Shown here: positions 40,643-53,347 of the stretch, piece after piece
How the letters are laid out: every line of letters begins with the position of its first letter
How positions within the stretch are numbered: position 1 is the stretch's first letter
Source: an uncultured Gemmatimonadales bacterium
Lineage (GTDB): Bacteria > Gemmatimonadota > Gemmatimonadetes > Longimicrobiales > Longimicrobiaceae
Direction: 5' to 3'
Assembly: GCA_963716255.1 (NCBI GenBank)
Contig: OY970303.1
Location: forward strand, 6,368,001-6,432,000
DNA length: 64,000 nt
Translations under genes and position numbers: made by a program
The notes under the pieces: generated by a model
Told to the model about the DNA's origin: nothing
Seen by the model: only the letters and a program-made list of their open reading frames with translations
The model's database searches: none

Positions 40643-42916
40643 ATGCCTCGCAAGCCCAGCCCCCGCAAGAAGGGCGGATCCCGGAAGAAGAAGACGTCCG
40701 GCGCGTCCGCCGCGAAGCGGGTCTTCCAGGTGCTCCTGCTCGTCCTCCTCCTCGGCGTCGTGGGCGCCGGGGCGGGGCTGGCGTGGCTGTGGCCGCGCTG
40801 CTCGGGACCGGGGTGCCCCTCGGTGGAAGCGCTGCGCAGCTACTCGCCGCCCATGGCGAGCCGCGTCTTCGACCGGGACGGCAAGCTGGTGGCGCACCTG
40901 GCGCCGGAGCGGCGCATCCTGGTGCCGCTGGAGCGCATCCCCCAGCACGTTTCCGGCGCCTTCCTGGCGGTGGAGGACCGGCGCTTCTACCGCCACGGGG
41001 GGATCGACGTCCGCCGCGTGGTGGGGGCGCTGGCGCGCAACGTCCGCTCCTTCAACTACGACGAGGGCTTCAGCACCGTCACCATGCAGCTGGCCCGCAA
41101 CGTCTTCCCGGAGCACCTGAGCCGGGAAAAGACGCTCCGGCGGAAGCTGTGGGAGGTGGTGCTGGCGCGCGACATCGAGCGCTCCTTCAGCAAGGACGAG
41201 ATCCTGGAGCTGTACCTCAACCAGATCTACCTGGGCGAGGGGCTGTACGGGGTGGAGGCCGCGGCGGAGGGGTACTTCGGCAAGTCGGCGGCGGACCTGC
41301 TCCCGGCGGAGGCGGCCGTTCTGGCGGCGCTCCCCAAGGCGCCCACGCACTACAGCCCGCGGCGCAGCCCGGAGGCGGCGCGCCGCAGGCGCGACCTGGT
41401 GCTGGGGCTGATGGCCCGCGAGGGGTACCTATCGCCGGGGATGGCGGAGCAGGCCCGCGCCACCCCGCTGGACCTGGTGCCGCCCCCGGACGCGCGCGGG
41501 CGGGCGCCGTACTTCATGGCGGAGATCCGCCAGGCGCTGCGCGAGCGGTTCGGCGCGGAGGCGGAGCGGATGGGGCTGCGGGTGTACACCACGCTGGACC
41601 CGCGCATGCAGGCCACGGCGGAGCGCGAGATCAAGGCGCAGATCCGCGGCGTGGAGGCGGGGAAGTTCGGGCGCTTCCGCCAGCGCGCCTGCCCGGCGGG
41701 CGCCGCGGGCGAGGGCGCCAACTGCCTGCAGGGGCTGTTCGTGGCGATGGACGCGCGCACCGGCGACGTGCTGGCGCTGGTGGGCGGGCGCGACTTCGCG
41801 CAGAGCCAGTTCGACCGGGTGACGCAGGCGAAGCGGCAGGCCGGGTCGGCGTTCAAGCCGTTCCTGTACGCCACCGCCATCGCGCGGGGGATCCCCACCT
41901 CCACCCCGCTGGTGGGCCCCGGGGCGGAGCAGGACACCTTCCACAGCGTCTACAACCCCCGCGACGCGGTCTCGGACACGCTGACGCTGGACCTGCACGA
42001 CGGGCTGCGCCTGTCCTCCAACCGGGCGGCGGTGGAGCTGGGCGAGCGGGTGGGGGTGGCCAACGTGGTGCAGACGGCGCACGACCTTGGGCTCACCACG
42101 CCCATCGAGGAGTACCCGTCCACCTTCCTGGGCGCGGCGGACGTGATCCCGCTGGAGATGGTGGCCGCGTACTCGCCCTTCGCCACGGGGGGGACGCTGG
42201 TGGCGCCGCGGATGATCGTGCGCGTGGAGGACGCCCACGGCCGCGTGGTGTGGAGCGCGCCGGTGCGCCGGCGGTCGGTGCTCCCCTCCGGCGTGGCCTT
42301 CCTCACCACGCGGCTGATGGAGGAGGTGGTGGACCGCGGCACGGGCTCCGGCGTGCGCACCGCGGGGCTCCCCTACACCATCCCCGCCGCGGGGAAGACG
42401 GGGACCACCAACGACGCGGCGGACGTGTGGTTCGTGGGCGTGACGCCGGACGTGGTGGCGGGGGTGTGGCTGGGCTTCGACCGGCCGCAGCGGATCCTGT
42501 CCGGGGCGTCGGGCGGCGGCCTGGCCGCCCCGGTGTGGGGCCGCGTCCTCGCCGACCACTACACGCGCCACCCGGCCCCGGCCCGCTGGGCGCCGCCGCT
42601 GGACGTGGTGCCGGTGGAGATCGACCGGGGCTCGGGCAAGCTGGCGACGGAGTCGTGCCCGGGCGAGCAGGTGACGACGGACTACTTCCTGGTGGGCACC
42701 GAGCCCACGGAAAGCTGCCCCATCCACCCGGACAACGGCTTCGAGGGATGGATGCAGCGGATGGCGCGCGGCCTGGGCGACTGGCTGGGCGGCGGGCGCG
42801 GCGAGGACCGCCGGCCGGAGCCGCAGTCGTACCCCGACCGCGGACGCTACCCCGACCGGCGGCTGCGTTCCGAGCGTGCTCCCGTGCAGGTGTCGCCGGA
42901 CCGGTTCCCGCGGTAA
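40643..42916 (+). CDS. Class A penicillin-binding protein (PBP1A family)
   Basis: EDRRFYRHGG, STVTMQL, RKLWE, KDEILELYLN, SAFK, SSN, KTG. Confidence 0.96.
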   Translation: MPRKPSPRKKGGSRKKKTSGASAAKRVFQVLLLVLLLGVVGAGAGLAWLWPRCSGPGCPSVEALRSYSPPMASRVFDRDGKLVAHLAPERRILVPLERIPQHVSGAFLAVEDRRFYRHGGIDVRRVVGALARNVRSFNYDEGFSTVTMQLARNVFPEHLSREKTLRRKLWEVVLARDIERSFSKDEILELYLNQIYLGEGLYGVEAAAEGYFGKSAADLLPAEAAVLAALPKAPTHYSPRRSPEAARRRRDLVLGLMAREGYLSPGMAEQARATPLDLVPPPDARGRAPYFMAEIRQALRERFGAEAERMGLRVYTTLDPRMQATAEREIKAQIRGVEAGKFGRFRQRACPAGAAGEGANCLQGLFVAMDARTGDVLALVGGRDFAQSQFDRVTQAKRQAGSAFKPFLYATAIARGIPTSTPLVGPGAEQDTFHSVYNPRDAVSDTLTLDLHDGLRLSSNRAAVELGERVGVANVVQTAHDLGLTTPIEEYPSTFLGAADVIPLEMVAAYSPFATGGTLVAPRMIVRVEDAHGRVVWSAPVRRRSVLPSGVAFLTTRLMEEVVDRGTGSGVRTAGLPYTIPAAGKTGTTNDAADVWFVGVTPDVVAGVWLGFDRPQRILSGASGGGLAAPVWGRVLADHYTRHPAPARWAPPLDVVPVEIDRGSGKLATESCPGEQVTTDYFLVGTEPTESCPIHPDNGFEGWMQRMARGLGDWLGGGRGEDRRPEPQSYPDRGRYPDRRLRSERAPVQVSPDRFPR

Positions 42917-42957
42917 GTCGCCGGGACGGATACGGATCCGTTGAAAATCCAGGGTTC

Positions 42958-43085
42958 GGGCGTGCCCCCGGCTGCGCCGGGGTCGGGCTGCGGCTCCGTA
43001 GCAGACGAAACAACCGTCTGCAACGGAGGCGAGCCCCGCCAAACTGCCGGCGGGTCTCGCCGCTTCGCGCTCGCATCCCTCACGC
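42958..43085 (+). repeat. Structured repeat A, copy 7 (most diverged, with compensatory changes)
   Basis: Stem GCAGACG-AAACAAC-CGTCTGC; TGCGG/TCGCA replaces TTCGG/CCGAA. Confidence 0.93.
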
Positions 43086-43115
43086 GGGCATCGCGCTGGC
43101 GCCCGCTAGGGTGGG

Positions 43116-43165
43116 CCCCCTCACCCCCCGGCCCCCTCTCCCCCGCAAGCGGGGGAAAGGGGGAG
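43116..43165 (+). repeat. Repeat family D unit
   Basis: CCCTCACCCCCCGGCCCCCTCTCCCCCGCAAGCGGGGGAAAGGGGGAG. Confidence 0.8.
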
Positions 43166-43322
43166 ACCTGCACGGCCATCTCGCCTTCGTCGCCCTGCCG
43201 ACGCCCCGGGGAGCCTGGCGGGAGACGACACGAAGCCGGACCGGGCCGGGTGCCTGGGCCGGCTTTTTCGCGTGCCGTGGCCGGCGGTTTACGGCGGCGT
43301 GCTTCGGCGGGCTCCGGTGTTT

Positions 43323-43468
43323 GGGGTCGGCCAGGGGAGGCTCCTCCGGCGGTGCGAAACCCGAGGGGACTCGCCAGAGCACTCGCCCACCCTCCGGGCG
43401 AGGGTGGGATCACGTTGGCTTCGAACAAACGCACCGCCTGCGGACCCTCCCCCGACCTCCCGGCGCAG
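43323..43468 (-). repeat. Structured repeat C, copy 3
   Basis: Reverse complement of copies 1 and 2. Confidence 0.9.
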
Positions 43469-43501
43469 CTCGAAACGGCAAGGTGTCCGACCTTCGGCAA
43501 A

Positions 43502-43566
43502 CCCTCCCCCAGAATTGGGGGATATAGGGGCGAGCCGTGCGAGCCTGAGCGAGCCGGGTGGGGGCC
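43502..43566 (-). repeat. Repeat family D unit
   Basis: Near reverse complement of 31211-31276. Confidence 0.8.
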
Positions 43567-43591
43567 TCCCGCGGACGCCAGCGCGAGCCCC

Positions 43592-43720
43592 GCGTGAGGG
43601 ATTTCGGCCCGGAGGGGCGAGACCCGGCGGCAGTTTGCCGGGGCTCGACTCCGTTGGGCTGCGTTGTTTGCAGCCCTACGGAGCCGAAGCCCGACCCCGG
43701 CGCCAGCCGGGGGCACGCCC
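43592..43720 (-). repeat. Structured repeat A, copy 8
   Basis: Full element on minus strand; stem GGGCTGC-AAACAAC-GCAGCCC. Confidence 0.95.
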
Positions 43721-43755
43721 GACCTCGCCGTTCAAAGCCGTAAGCCGTAAAAAGA

Positions 43756-46041
<2,286 letters not shown>

Positions 46042-46165
46042 GGGAGATCGTCGCCGGACGGAAGGTCCTGGGCCGGGCACCCCGCGCCCGCAGCCTCTGC
46101 CTGCATCCCGCCGCCCCTCCTCCCACGCGGAGCGGCCGGCTGCCTCGTTCCTGGCAACCGGCCGC

Positions 46166-46180
46166 GCAGACAATGTGCCA
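46166..46180 (-). promoter_or_regulatory. Putative sigma54 promoter
   Basis: Minus strand TGGCAC-ATTGT-CTGC. Confidence 0.5.
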
Positions 46181-46234
46181 GAAGGGTCTCGCCGAACCCC
46201 CGGCCCGCGAACCCTCCTGGCCTTTGCGGGGCGC

Positions 46235-47449
46235 CTACTCGTACCGCAGCGCCTCGATGGGGGCGAGGAGCGCCGCGCGGCGGGCGGGCCAGAGCCCGAA
46301 GAAGATCCCCACCCCGCCGGAAAAGACGAGCGCCATGACCACCGCCCCGGTGGAGATGGGCGCCTCGAAGCCGCCCAGGAGGCGCATGGCGAGCGAGCCG
46401 CCGGCCCCCAGCGCCAGCCCGATGGCGCCCCCGGCCAGGCAGAGCACCAGCGCCTCGATGAGGAACTGGAGGAGGATGTCGCGGCGCCGCGCCCCCAGCG
46501 CCTTGCGGATCCCGATCTCCCGGGTGCGCTCGGTCACGGACACCAGCATGATGTTCATGATGCCGATGCCGCCCACCACCAGCGACACCGCCGCGATCCC
46601 CGCGAGCAGGAAGGAAAAGGTGCGCGCCGTCTCCTGGAAGGTGTTCAGCAGCGTGGCCTGGTTGCGGATGCTGAAGTCGCTCGCCTCGCCCGGGCGGATG
46701 CGGTGCTCGCGCCGCAGCGTCTCGTCGATGCGCACCATCGCGGCGTCCATCTCGCCCTCGGCCGCGGCCTGCACGCCGATGGACTGCACCCGGTCGCTCC
46801 CGAAGACGCGGAAGCGCGCCGTCGCCATGGGCACGTAGACCTGCTCGTCGGGGTTGTTGAAGCCCTCGCCCCCCTTCTCGGCGAGGACGCCCACCACCTC
46901 GAAGGCGGTGCCGCCGATGCGCACCGTCTGCCCCACGAGCTGCGCGGTCTCCACGCCGCCCAGCCGCTCGCCCATGGCGGCGCCCAGCACCGCGACCCGG
47001 CGCCGGCCGCGCTCCTCGCCCTCGGTGAACAGCCGCCCGGCGGCGAGCCGGTGGTTGTTGACCGGGAAGAAGCTGGGCCAGGTGCCCACGACCTGGCTGT
47101 TGGAGTTGGCGGCGCCGGACTCCACCTGCACGCGGCTCTGCATCTGCGGGGCGACAGCGGCGATGGGGCCGCCCACGGCGTCGCGCAGCGCCTCGGCGTC
47201 GTCGGTGGTCAATTCCGCGTCGCCGCGGTCCACCCCGCCCGCGAACTGCTGCCCGGGGCGCACGGTGAGGACGTTGGTCCCCAGTCCCTGGAGCCGCTCC
47301 TGCACCGACCGCTGCGCTCCCTCGCCCAGCGCCACCATGGTGATCACCGCGGCGATGCCGATGATGATCCCCAGCATGGTGAGGAAGGAGCGCATCTTGT
47401 TGGCCCGGACGGCGCCCAGCGCCACCCGGAAGATCTCGCCGAAGAGCAT
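46235..47449 (-). CDS. MacB/FtsX-type ABC transporter permease
   Basis: RSFLTMLGIIIG, GGIGIMNIMLVSVTERTREIGIRKALGA, PIEALRYE. Confidence 0.95.
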   Translation of the reverse strand: MLFGEIFRVALGAVRANKMRSFLTMLGIIIGIAAVITMVALGEGAQRSVQERLQGLGTNVLTVRPGQQFAGGVDRGDAELTTDDAEALRDAVGGPIAAVAPQMQSRVQVESGAANSNSQVVGTWPSFFPVNNHRLAAGRLFTEGEERGRRRVAVLGAAMGERLGGVETAQLVGQTVRIGGTAFEVVGVLAEKGGEGFNNPDEQVYVPMATARFRVFGSDRVQSIGVQAAAEGEMDAAMVRIDETLRREHRIRPGEASDFSIRNQATLLNTFQETARTFSFLLAGIAAVSLVVGGIGIMNIMLVSVTERTREIGIRKALGARRRDILLQFLIEALVLCLAGGAIGLALGAGGSLAMRLLGGFEAPISTGAVVMALVFSGGVGIFFGLWPARRAALLAPIEALRYE

Positions 47450-47450
47450 G

Positions 47451-48896
47451 TCACCCTCCCCCTCGCTGACCGCCGCCACCGCCGCCGCTCGGGGGGCCAC
47501 CGCCGCCGCCGGGCACGATCCCGCCGCCCGCGCGCTGGCGCATGCGCTCGGTCATCTGCTCCTGCTCCTGCTTGAGGCGCGTGGCGGACATCAGCCTCAC
47601 CTCCTCGCCCGGCTTCACGCCGCCCAGCACCTCGGTGTACTCCCAGTCGCTCACCCCCAGGGTGACGCGCCGGGCCTCGGGGCCCTTCGCCCCTTCCACG
47701 AAGAGCACGCCGGGGCGCGTGGCGCCCGCGCCGCCGCCCTGGGCGCCTCCGCGCCCGCTGCGCTCCCCGCCGCCCGCGGCGACGCGGCACTCGCGCATCT
47801 TTGCCCGGTCCTCGTCGGCGAGCCCCGAGGGGCCGCCCGCCTCGCGGACCTTCTGCATCAGCGCGCGGCACTCGGGCGACGCGCCCGCCGCGCCGGCGGC
47901 CCCGGCGGGGCGGAGCGAGGCCTGCACCGCTTCCGCGTCCAGCCCCAGCGCTTCGGCGGCGGTGCCGGCGTCGCGGACGCCGACCACGGCGCCGTTGGGC
48001 ACCACCACGGCGCCGGGGCGCCGCACCACCTGCACCTGCACGTCGGCGTTCATCCCGGGGCGCAGCAGCCCCTCGCGGTTGTCCAGCCGCACCAGCACGG
48101 GGAAGAGCGTCACGTTCTGCTCCACCACCGCCTGCGGCTCCACCTTGAGCACCGTGCCGGTGAAGGTCCGCCCCGGGTACGACTCCACGCTGACGCGCGC
48201 GGTCTGGCCGGGCTTCACCTGGCCCAGGTCGGTCTCGTCCACCTTGGCGCGCACCTGCACCTCGGACAGGTCGGCCATCTTCAGCAGCGTGGTGCCGCCC
48301 GACACGTTGCTGGTGGCGGAGGCGATGATCTGCCCGGTCTCCGAGGTGCGCTCGATCACCGTCCCCGCGATGGGGGCGCGGATGGTGACGTCGCCGCTCC
48401 GCTGCCGCGCCAGCTCCAGGTTGGTCTGCGCGCGCACCAGCTGCGCCTGGGCGTTGGCGGCCTGCTGCACCGCCGCCTCGAACTCCTGCTGGGTGGCGAC
48501 CTGCGCCTCCCGCAGCTCCTGCATGCGCCTCCGCTCGGCGGAGGTGGTGGCGATGCTCACCCGCGCCACCGACAGGTCGGCCTCGGCCTGGGCGAGCGCG
48601 TTGCTCACGTCGCGCGGGTCGATCTCGGCCAGCAGCGCGCCGCGCGCCACCATGTCGCCCGTTTCCACGTGCAGCGCCAGGATCTCGCCCGACGCCTTGG
48701 ACTTCACCTCCACCACCCGGATGGGCTCCACCACCCCGGCGGCCTCCACCGCCACGTCCAGGTCGCGCTGCTCCACCGCCGCCGTCTCGGGCGCGGTGTC
48801 GGCCGCCGCCTCGGGGGAGCCGCCGCACGCGGCGAGCACCCCGCTTCCCGCCAGCAGCACGCCCAGGGCGAGCGCCTTCGCTCTCGTCGTTTTCAC
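47451..48896 (-). CDS. MacA-type periplasmic adaptor (membrane fusion) lipoprotein
   Basis: Lipobox [31 protein letters not shown]. Confidence 0.92.
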   Translation of the reverse strand: MKTTRAKALALGVLLAGSGVLAACGGSPEAAADTAPETAAVEQRDLDVAVEAAGVVEPIRVVEVKSKASGEILALHVETGDMVARGALLAEIDPRDVSNALAQAEADLSVARVSIATTSAERRRMQELREAQVATQQEFEAAVQQAANAQAQLVRAQTNLELARQRSGDVTIRAPIAGTVIERTSETGQIIASATSNVSGGTTLLKMADLSEVQVRAKVDETDLGQVKPGQTARVSVESYPGRTFTGTVLKVEPQAVVEQNVTLFPVLVRLDNREGLLRPGMNADVQVQVVRRPGAVVVPNGAVVGVRDAGTAAEALGLDAEAVQASLRPAGAAGAAGASPECRALMQKVREAGGPSGLADEDRAKMRECRVAAGGGERSGRGGAQGGGAGATRPGVLFVEGAKGPEARRVTLGVSDWEYTEVLGGVKPGEEVRLMSATRLKQEQEQMTERMRQRAGGGIVPGGGGGPPSGGGGGGQRGGG

Positions 48897-49648
48897 CTTG
48901 CACCTCCCTGCGCGGCCAGGCTGCGGCGCGCGCTCCGGTTTCGCTGGTCCTGCTCGATGAGACCGTCGCGGAGGATGACCATCCGCTCGGCGTGCTCCGC
49001 CACGTCGTGCTCGTGGGTGACCATGATCACCGTCTGCCCCTCGTCGTGGAGCCGCCCGAAGAGCGCCAGGATCTCCTCCGACGTGCGGGAGTCCAGCGCC
49101 CCGGTGGGCTCGTCGGCGAGGAGGATGGAGGGGCGGGTCACCAGCGCCCTCGCGATGGCGACGCGCTGCCGCTGCCCCCCCGACAGCTCGTTGGGGCGGT
49201 GGTCCATGCGGTCGCCCAGCTCCACGGAGCGGAGCGCCCCGGCCGCCCGCTCGCGCCGATCCTTCCTGCCCACGCCGGCGTAGACCAGCGGCAGCTCCAC
49301 GTTTTCCAGCGCGGTGGAGCGGGGGAGCAGGTTGAAGGTCTGGAAGACGAAGCCGATCTCCCGGTTCCTCACGCGCGCCAGCTCGTCGTCGCCCATCCCC
49401 GCCACCGGCGTCCCGTTCAGCACGTACTCCCCGGCGGTGGGCGAGTCCAGGCAGCCCACCAGGTTCATCAGCGTGCTCTTGCCGGAGCCGGAGGGTCCCA
49501 TGATGGCCACGTACTCGTTGCGGCCGATGTCCAGGTCCACCCCGCGAAGCGCCCGCACCGTCTCCACGCCCATGCGGTACTCCTTGGTGAGCCCGCGGAT
49601 GCGGATCACCGCGCCGTTTTCCGGCGCGGCCCCGTGGCCCCGGCTCAC
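48893..49648 (-). CDS. ABC transporter ATP-binding protein (LolD/MacB-like)
   Basis: [29 protein letters not shown]. Confidence 0.96.
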   Translation of the reverse strand: MSRGHGAAPENGAVIRIRGLTKEYRMGVETVRALRGVDLDIGRNEYVAIMGPSGSGKSTLMNLVGCLDSPTAGEYVLNGTPVAGMGDDELARVRNREIGFVFQTFNLLPRSTALENVELPLVYAGVGRKDRRERAAGALRSVELGDRMDHRPNELSGGQRQRVAIARALVTRPSILLADEPTGALDSRTSEEILALFGRLHDEGQTVIMVTHEHDVAEHAERMVILRDGLIEQDQRNRSARRSLAAQGGAR

Positions 49649-51009
49649 AGCTCCCTCCCGACCAGCGCTTCCAGCTCCGCGCGGGCGAGCTGGTAGTCGT
49701 AGCGGGCGGCGACCAGGTCGTTCTCGGCCTGGGTGAGCGCCGCCTGCGAGGTCATGCGCTCCAGCATGGTGGAGCTCCCCATGCGGTAGCGCTGGTCCTG
49801 CACCCGCAGGTCCTCCTCGGCCACCTGCACCGCCTCCTCCGCCAGGCCGATGCGCTGCTCGGCCAGGCGCAGCGCGGAAAGGGTGCGCTCCAGCTCGGCG
49901 CGGGCGGCGCGCTCGGTGTCGGCCAGCTGCACGCGGGCCACGTCGGCCTGCACCCGGGCGCGCTCCACGCTCGCCTCGCGCTGGTAGCCGTCGAAGATGG
50001 GGATGGAGACGCCCAGCCGGAGGTCCCAGTTGGCGCGCCCGTCCAGCGCCGGGTCCTGGTTGGCCCAGTCGGCGCCGGTCCCCAGCGTGATGGTGGGGCG
50101 GTACTGCGCGCGCGCCGCGGCCGTCCCGGCCTCCGCCGCGGCGACGCCGGCCACCTCCGCGCGCACGCTGGGGGCCGCGGTGCGCACCAGCGACACCAGG
50201 CTGTCGGCGGGGATGGCGAGCGGCGTGGGGCGCAGCGGCCCGGACGACTCTGCCGCGACCGGCCCCGGCGCGCCGGTCGCGCGCCCCAGGGCGAAGCCGG
50301 CGACCTCGCGGTCGCTGCGGGCCTGCGCCAGCGCCTGGCGGGCGTCGTTGAGCTCCAGCCGCGCCCGCAGCACGTCGGAGCGGGTGGCGGAGCCCACGCG
50401 CAGCCGCAGCTCGGCCGCCTCCTGCGCCTCCTCCGCGCGCTTGACCTGCGACTCGGCCACGCGGATCAGGTCGTCGGCGCGGAGCACCGCGAAGAAGGTG
50501 CGCTTGGTGGCGAGCACCACGGAAAAGCGCTGCGCATCCAGCGTGGCTTCCGCCGCCGAGGTCTCGGCGCGGGCCTGCCGCAGCTCCGCGGTGCGCCGCC
50601 CGCCGGTGTAGACGGGGACGGAGGCGGAGATCCCCGCGCCGTAGCTGTCGGCGAAGCCGTCGCCGAGCCCGGTCTGGCTCCCCAGCTGCTGCGCCGCGCT
50701 CAGCGAGGAGCTGGCGTTCGCCGAGAGCGTGGGAAGGAAGGCGCCCTTCGCGCTCCGCTCGGTGGCGGCGGCGGAGCGGACGGCGCCGGAGCCCTGCGCC
50801 ACCGTGGGGCTGGCCTCCAGCGAGCGCCGCACGGCCTCGTCCAGCGTGACCCGCGTCTCGGGCTGCGCGGGCGCCGCGGCGCGGGCCGTGTCGGGCGCGG
50901 GAGCGGTCTGCGCGGCCGCGCCGGCCGGGACCAGGGCGAGGGCGCTCACCCCGGCGAACAGGGACGCGGCGGCTCGCAGGCCGGTCCCGCGAGGGAATCT
51001 GTCTGTCAT
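49645..51009 (-). CDS. TolC family outer-membrane protein
   Basis: Signal peptide, two OEP-like repeats, operon position; GGAGG RBS. Confidence 0.9.
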   Translation of the reverse strand: MTDRFPRGTGLRAAASLFAGVSALALVPAGAAAQTAPAPDTARAAAPAQPETRVTLDEAVRRSLEASPTVAQGSGAVRSAAATERSAKGAFLPTLSANASSSLSAAQQLGSQTGLGDGFADSYGAGISASVPVYTGGRRTAELRQARAETSAAEATLDAQRFSVVLATKRTFFAVLRADDLIRVAESQVKRAEEAQEAAELRLRVGSATRSDVLRARLELNDARQALAQARSDREVAGFALGRATGAPGPVAAESSGPLRPTPLAIPADSLVSLVRTAAPSVRAEVAGVAAAEAGTAAARAQYRPTITLGTGADWANQDPALDGRANWDLRLGVSIPIFDGYQREASVERARVQADVARVQLADTERAARAELERTLSALRLAEQRIGLAEEAVQVAEEDLRVQDQRYRMGSSTMLERMTSQAALTQAENDLVAARYDYQLARAELEALVGREL

Positions 51010-51086
51010 CGTTCCTCCATCTATCGTCGCGTAACGGGCGCCAAGCCGGTCGGAGACGCGGCCGCGGGACCGTCCTTTCCTGGTTT

Positions 51087-51569
51087 TCAGACCCCGCCGC
51101 GCTCCGGCCCGGCGGGGGCGGGGCCGGCTCCGGGCGCCCTTTCGCCGCCGCGCCGCAACCGCCGCTCGCGGTGCTCCTCGCGGAAGCGCCGGAACTCTTC
51201 CCGCTGCTGCGGGGTGAGCACCGCCTCCACGGCGGTCCGGGTGGAATCGAAGCGGGCGCGCAGCCGCGGCCGCATCTCGCGGAAGAGCGAGTCCGCCTTG
51301 TGCCGGTCGCGCTCCACGATCCGCTGGATGGTGTCGCGCTGCTGCGTCGTGAGCCGGAGCCGGTCGTCCAGCGGGCCGCCGGCCTCGAAGATGTCGGGGC
51401 CGCCGCGCCCCCTGCCGGGCTCCGCGCCCGGCGGCGGGGGGCCCCAGGTGCGCGCGCCGCGGGCGCGCTCCACCGCGGTGCCCACCAGCCCCCCCGCGAG
51501 AAAGGTCAGCAGCAGGCTCGCGATGGCGAGCAGCCGCATCCGCCGGGTCCGGCTTCCGTCGTCGGTCAT
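51087..51569 (-). CDS. Membrane-anchored Spy/periplasmic-sensor-like protein
   Basis: TM helix, two LTxQQ motifs. Confidence 0.75.
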   Translation of the reverse strand: MTDDGSRTRRMRLLAIASLLLTFLAGGLVGTAVERARGARTWGPPPPGAEPGRGRGGPDIFEAGGPLDDRLRLTTQQRDTIQRIVERDRHKADSLFREMRPRLRARFDSTRTAVEAVLTPQQREEFRRFREEHRERRLRRGGERAPGAGPAPAGPERGGV

Positions 51570-51937
51570 CGTGTGTCTCCTTCCAGGGCCGTCACCAGCG
51601 CCTCCACCGTGGGCGTCTGCCCGTCGTCCACCCACTCGGCGACCGCGGTGGGGTAGCCCAGGGCGTCGGCCAGGTCGCTCCCGGACGCCGCGGGCGCCCC
51701 GGTCTCCGTCGTGAACAGGAACGCCGCCGCCGCCGCCGCCAGCAGCGCCGCCGTGGACACGGTGGGGCGCAGCCAGTCTCCCAGGAGCATGAGCATCCCC
51801 GCCTGCGGCAGGCTCGCCCGCCGCGCCAGCTCGGGTCCCGCCGCCGCCATGACGCCGGCCACCATCCGCTCCCAGCGCGCGGCGTCGCGCTCCGGGTCCA
51901 GGGGGGCGAGGTCGCGGAAGTCGTCCTCGATGTTCAC
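51566..51937 (-). CDS. Probable anti-sigma factor (single TM)
   Basis: Overlaps ECF sigma stop, AGGAGG RBS, central TM helix. Confidence 0.7.
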   Translation of the reverse strand: MNIEDDFRDLAPLDPERDAARWERMVAGVMAAAGPELARRASLPQAGMLMLLGDWLRPTVSTAALLAAAAAAFLFTTETGAPAASGSDLADALGYPTAVAEWVDDGQTPTVEALVTALEGDTR

Positions 51938-52485
51938 GGTTCCTCCTTGTGTCTTCCCGACAGCCGCTCGCGCAGCGTCTTCCTGGCCTTGAACAGGTGG
52001 ACGCGGGCCGAGCCGTCGGACATGCCCAGCTTCGCGCCGATCTCCTTGTGGCTCCACCCCTCGAAGTCGTGGAGGAGGACCACCTCGCGCTGGGTCTCGG
52101 TGAGCCCCTGCATGGCTCCCACCAGGTCCTCGCGCAGTTCGCTCCGCTCGGCCTCGCGCTGCGGGTCGGGCCCGCCGGAGGCGCCCAGGGCGTCGTCCAG
52201 GGGGAGCGCCTCGCGGATGCCGCGGTAGCGGCGGACGTCGTGCGCCCGGTTGCGGACGATGGCCATGAGCCACGCCGCGAACTGGTCCGGGTTGCGGCAC
52301 TCCTCGATGCGCTTCAGCGCGGTCACGAACGCGTCCTGGCAGACGTCCTCGGCGTCGGCCGGCTCGCCGAGCTGCGCGAGCGCGACCGCGTACGCGGCCT
52401 TGAGGTGCCTGCGCACCAGGGCCCCGAACGCTTCGGAGCTGCCCTGCCGGGCCCTCCCGACGAGGACTGCGTCGCTCTCGGTCAT
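51934..52485 (-). CDS. ECF RNA polymerase sigma factor
   Basis: DAEDVCQDAF region 2; LTETQREVVLL...EIGAKLG...VHLFKAR region 4. Confidence 0.95.
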   Translation of the reverse strand: MTESDAVLVGRARQGSSEAFGALVRRHLKAAYAVALAQLGEPADAEDVCQDAFVTALKRIEECRNPDQFAAWLMAIVRNRAHDVRRYRGIREALPLDDALGASGGPDPQREAERSELREDLVGAMQGLTETQREVVLLHDFEGWSHKEIGAKLGMSDGSARVHLFKARKTLRERLSGRHKEEP

Positions 52486-52551
52486 CGGCGCGTTGGGCGG
52501 TCCGGCCGTCCCGGGCGGAAGCGCCCGGGACGGACCGGACGCGGTCCCCAG

Positions 52552-53139
52552 CTAGCGGGTGCGCGGGGCCTGCTGCCCCCGCTCGCCGCGCCACCCGCCC
52601 TCGCCGCGCTCACCCCGTCCGCCGCGGGGACCGCGCAGGTACTGCCGGGCGGCCTGCTCCTGCGGGTCGGTCAGGACGGACTTCACCTGCTCCATGGCCG
52701 CCTGCTGGTTCTGGCGGAGCTGCTGCATCTGCGGGCGCAGCTGCTCCATGCGGGCCCGCATCGCCGTGCGCTCCTGCTCGGTGGGCCGGGCCTGCTGCCC
52801 GCCCTGCGGAAGCCGCGGGCGGGCGGCCTCCAGCTGGCGGCGCAGCGGCTCGTTCTTCTGCTCCAGGTCGCGCTGGATGCGCTCCAGGCGCGTCACCTGG
52901 TCCCCGGTCAGCTTCAGCTCGGTGCGGTGCTCCAGGAGCATGGCGACGGGCGAGGGGCGAGGCCCCTGGCGTCCCTGCTGGCGGACCTGGCGCTGCTGGC
53001 GATCCTGGTGCTGGCCCTGGGCGGTGCCGGGGGCTCCCTGTCCCTGTCCCTGCGCGAGCAGGGCGGGAGCGGGGGCGGCGGCGAGGAGCGCCGCGGCGAG
53101 CAGGACGTGGTTCTTGCGGATCATGTATGGGGTCTCCAT
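52552..53139 (-). CDS. Spy/CpxP-like periplasmic protein (start 53139 or 53124)
   Basis: Signal peptide, Gln/Arg-rich, LKLTGDQ and VLTDPQ motifs. Confidence 0.75.
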   Translation of the reverse strand: METPYMIRKNHVLLAAALLAAAPAPALLAQGQGQGAPGTAQGQHQDRQQRQVRQQGRQGPRPSPVAMLLEHRTELKLTGDQVTRLERIQRDLEQKNEPLRRQLEAARPRLPQGGQQARPTEQERTAMRARMEQLRPQMQQLRQNQQAAMEQVKSVLTDPQEQAARQYLRGPRGGRGERGEGGWRGERGQQAPRTR

Positions 53140-53188
53140 CTGGCGTGTCGGGTCTTTCTGCGCGCGCTGACCGGTTGGTCCATTACAA

Positions 53189-53215
53189 GACGCGCGGGGA
53201 TGGAAAAGTGTTAAC
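53189..53215 (-). promoter_or_regulatory. Candidate ECF-sigma promoter for the Spy/ECF/efflux cluster
   Basis: Minus strand GTTAAC-17 nt-CGTC. Confidence 0.4.
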
Positions 53216-53233
53216 GACTTCTGTTTCCGGGAC

Positions 53234-53266
53234 GAAAAGAGGCGCCCTCCTCGCCGGAGGGCGCCT
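53234..53266 (-). terminator. Intrinsic terminator downstream of SIR2 gene
   Basis: Minus strand AGGCGCCCTCC-ggcga-GGAGGGCGCCT then CTTTTC. Confidence 0.7.
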
Positions 53267-53347
53267 TGCAGCTGTTCAGTGAGAGGCTATTGGGCATCCA
53301 AACCTCATTTGGACTGGCTGTGCCGCGGACCTGAGTTTTATCCGGGT

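Noticed and set aside
53267..53347. attC site or attachment repeat flanking the SIR2 gene
   Set aside because: No R/L box arrangement and no direct repeat matching the trxB side were found by eye
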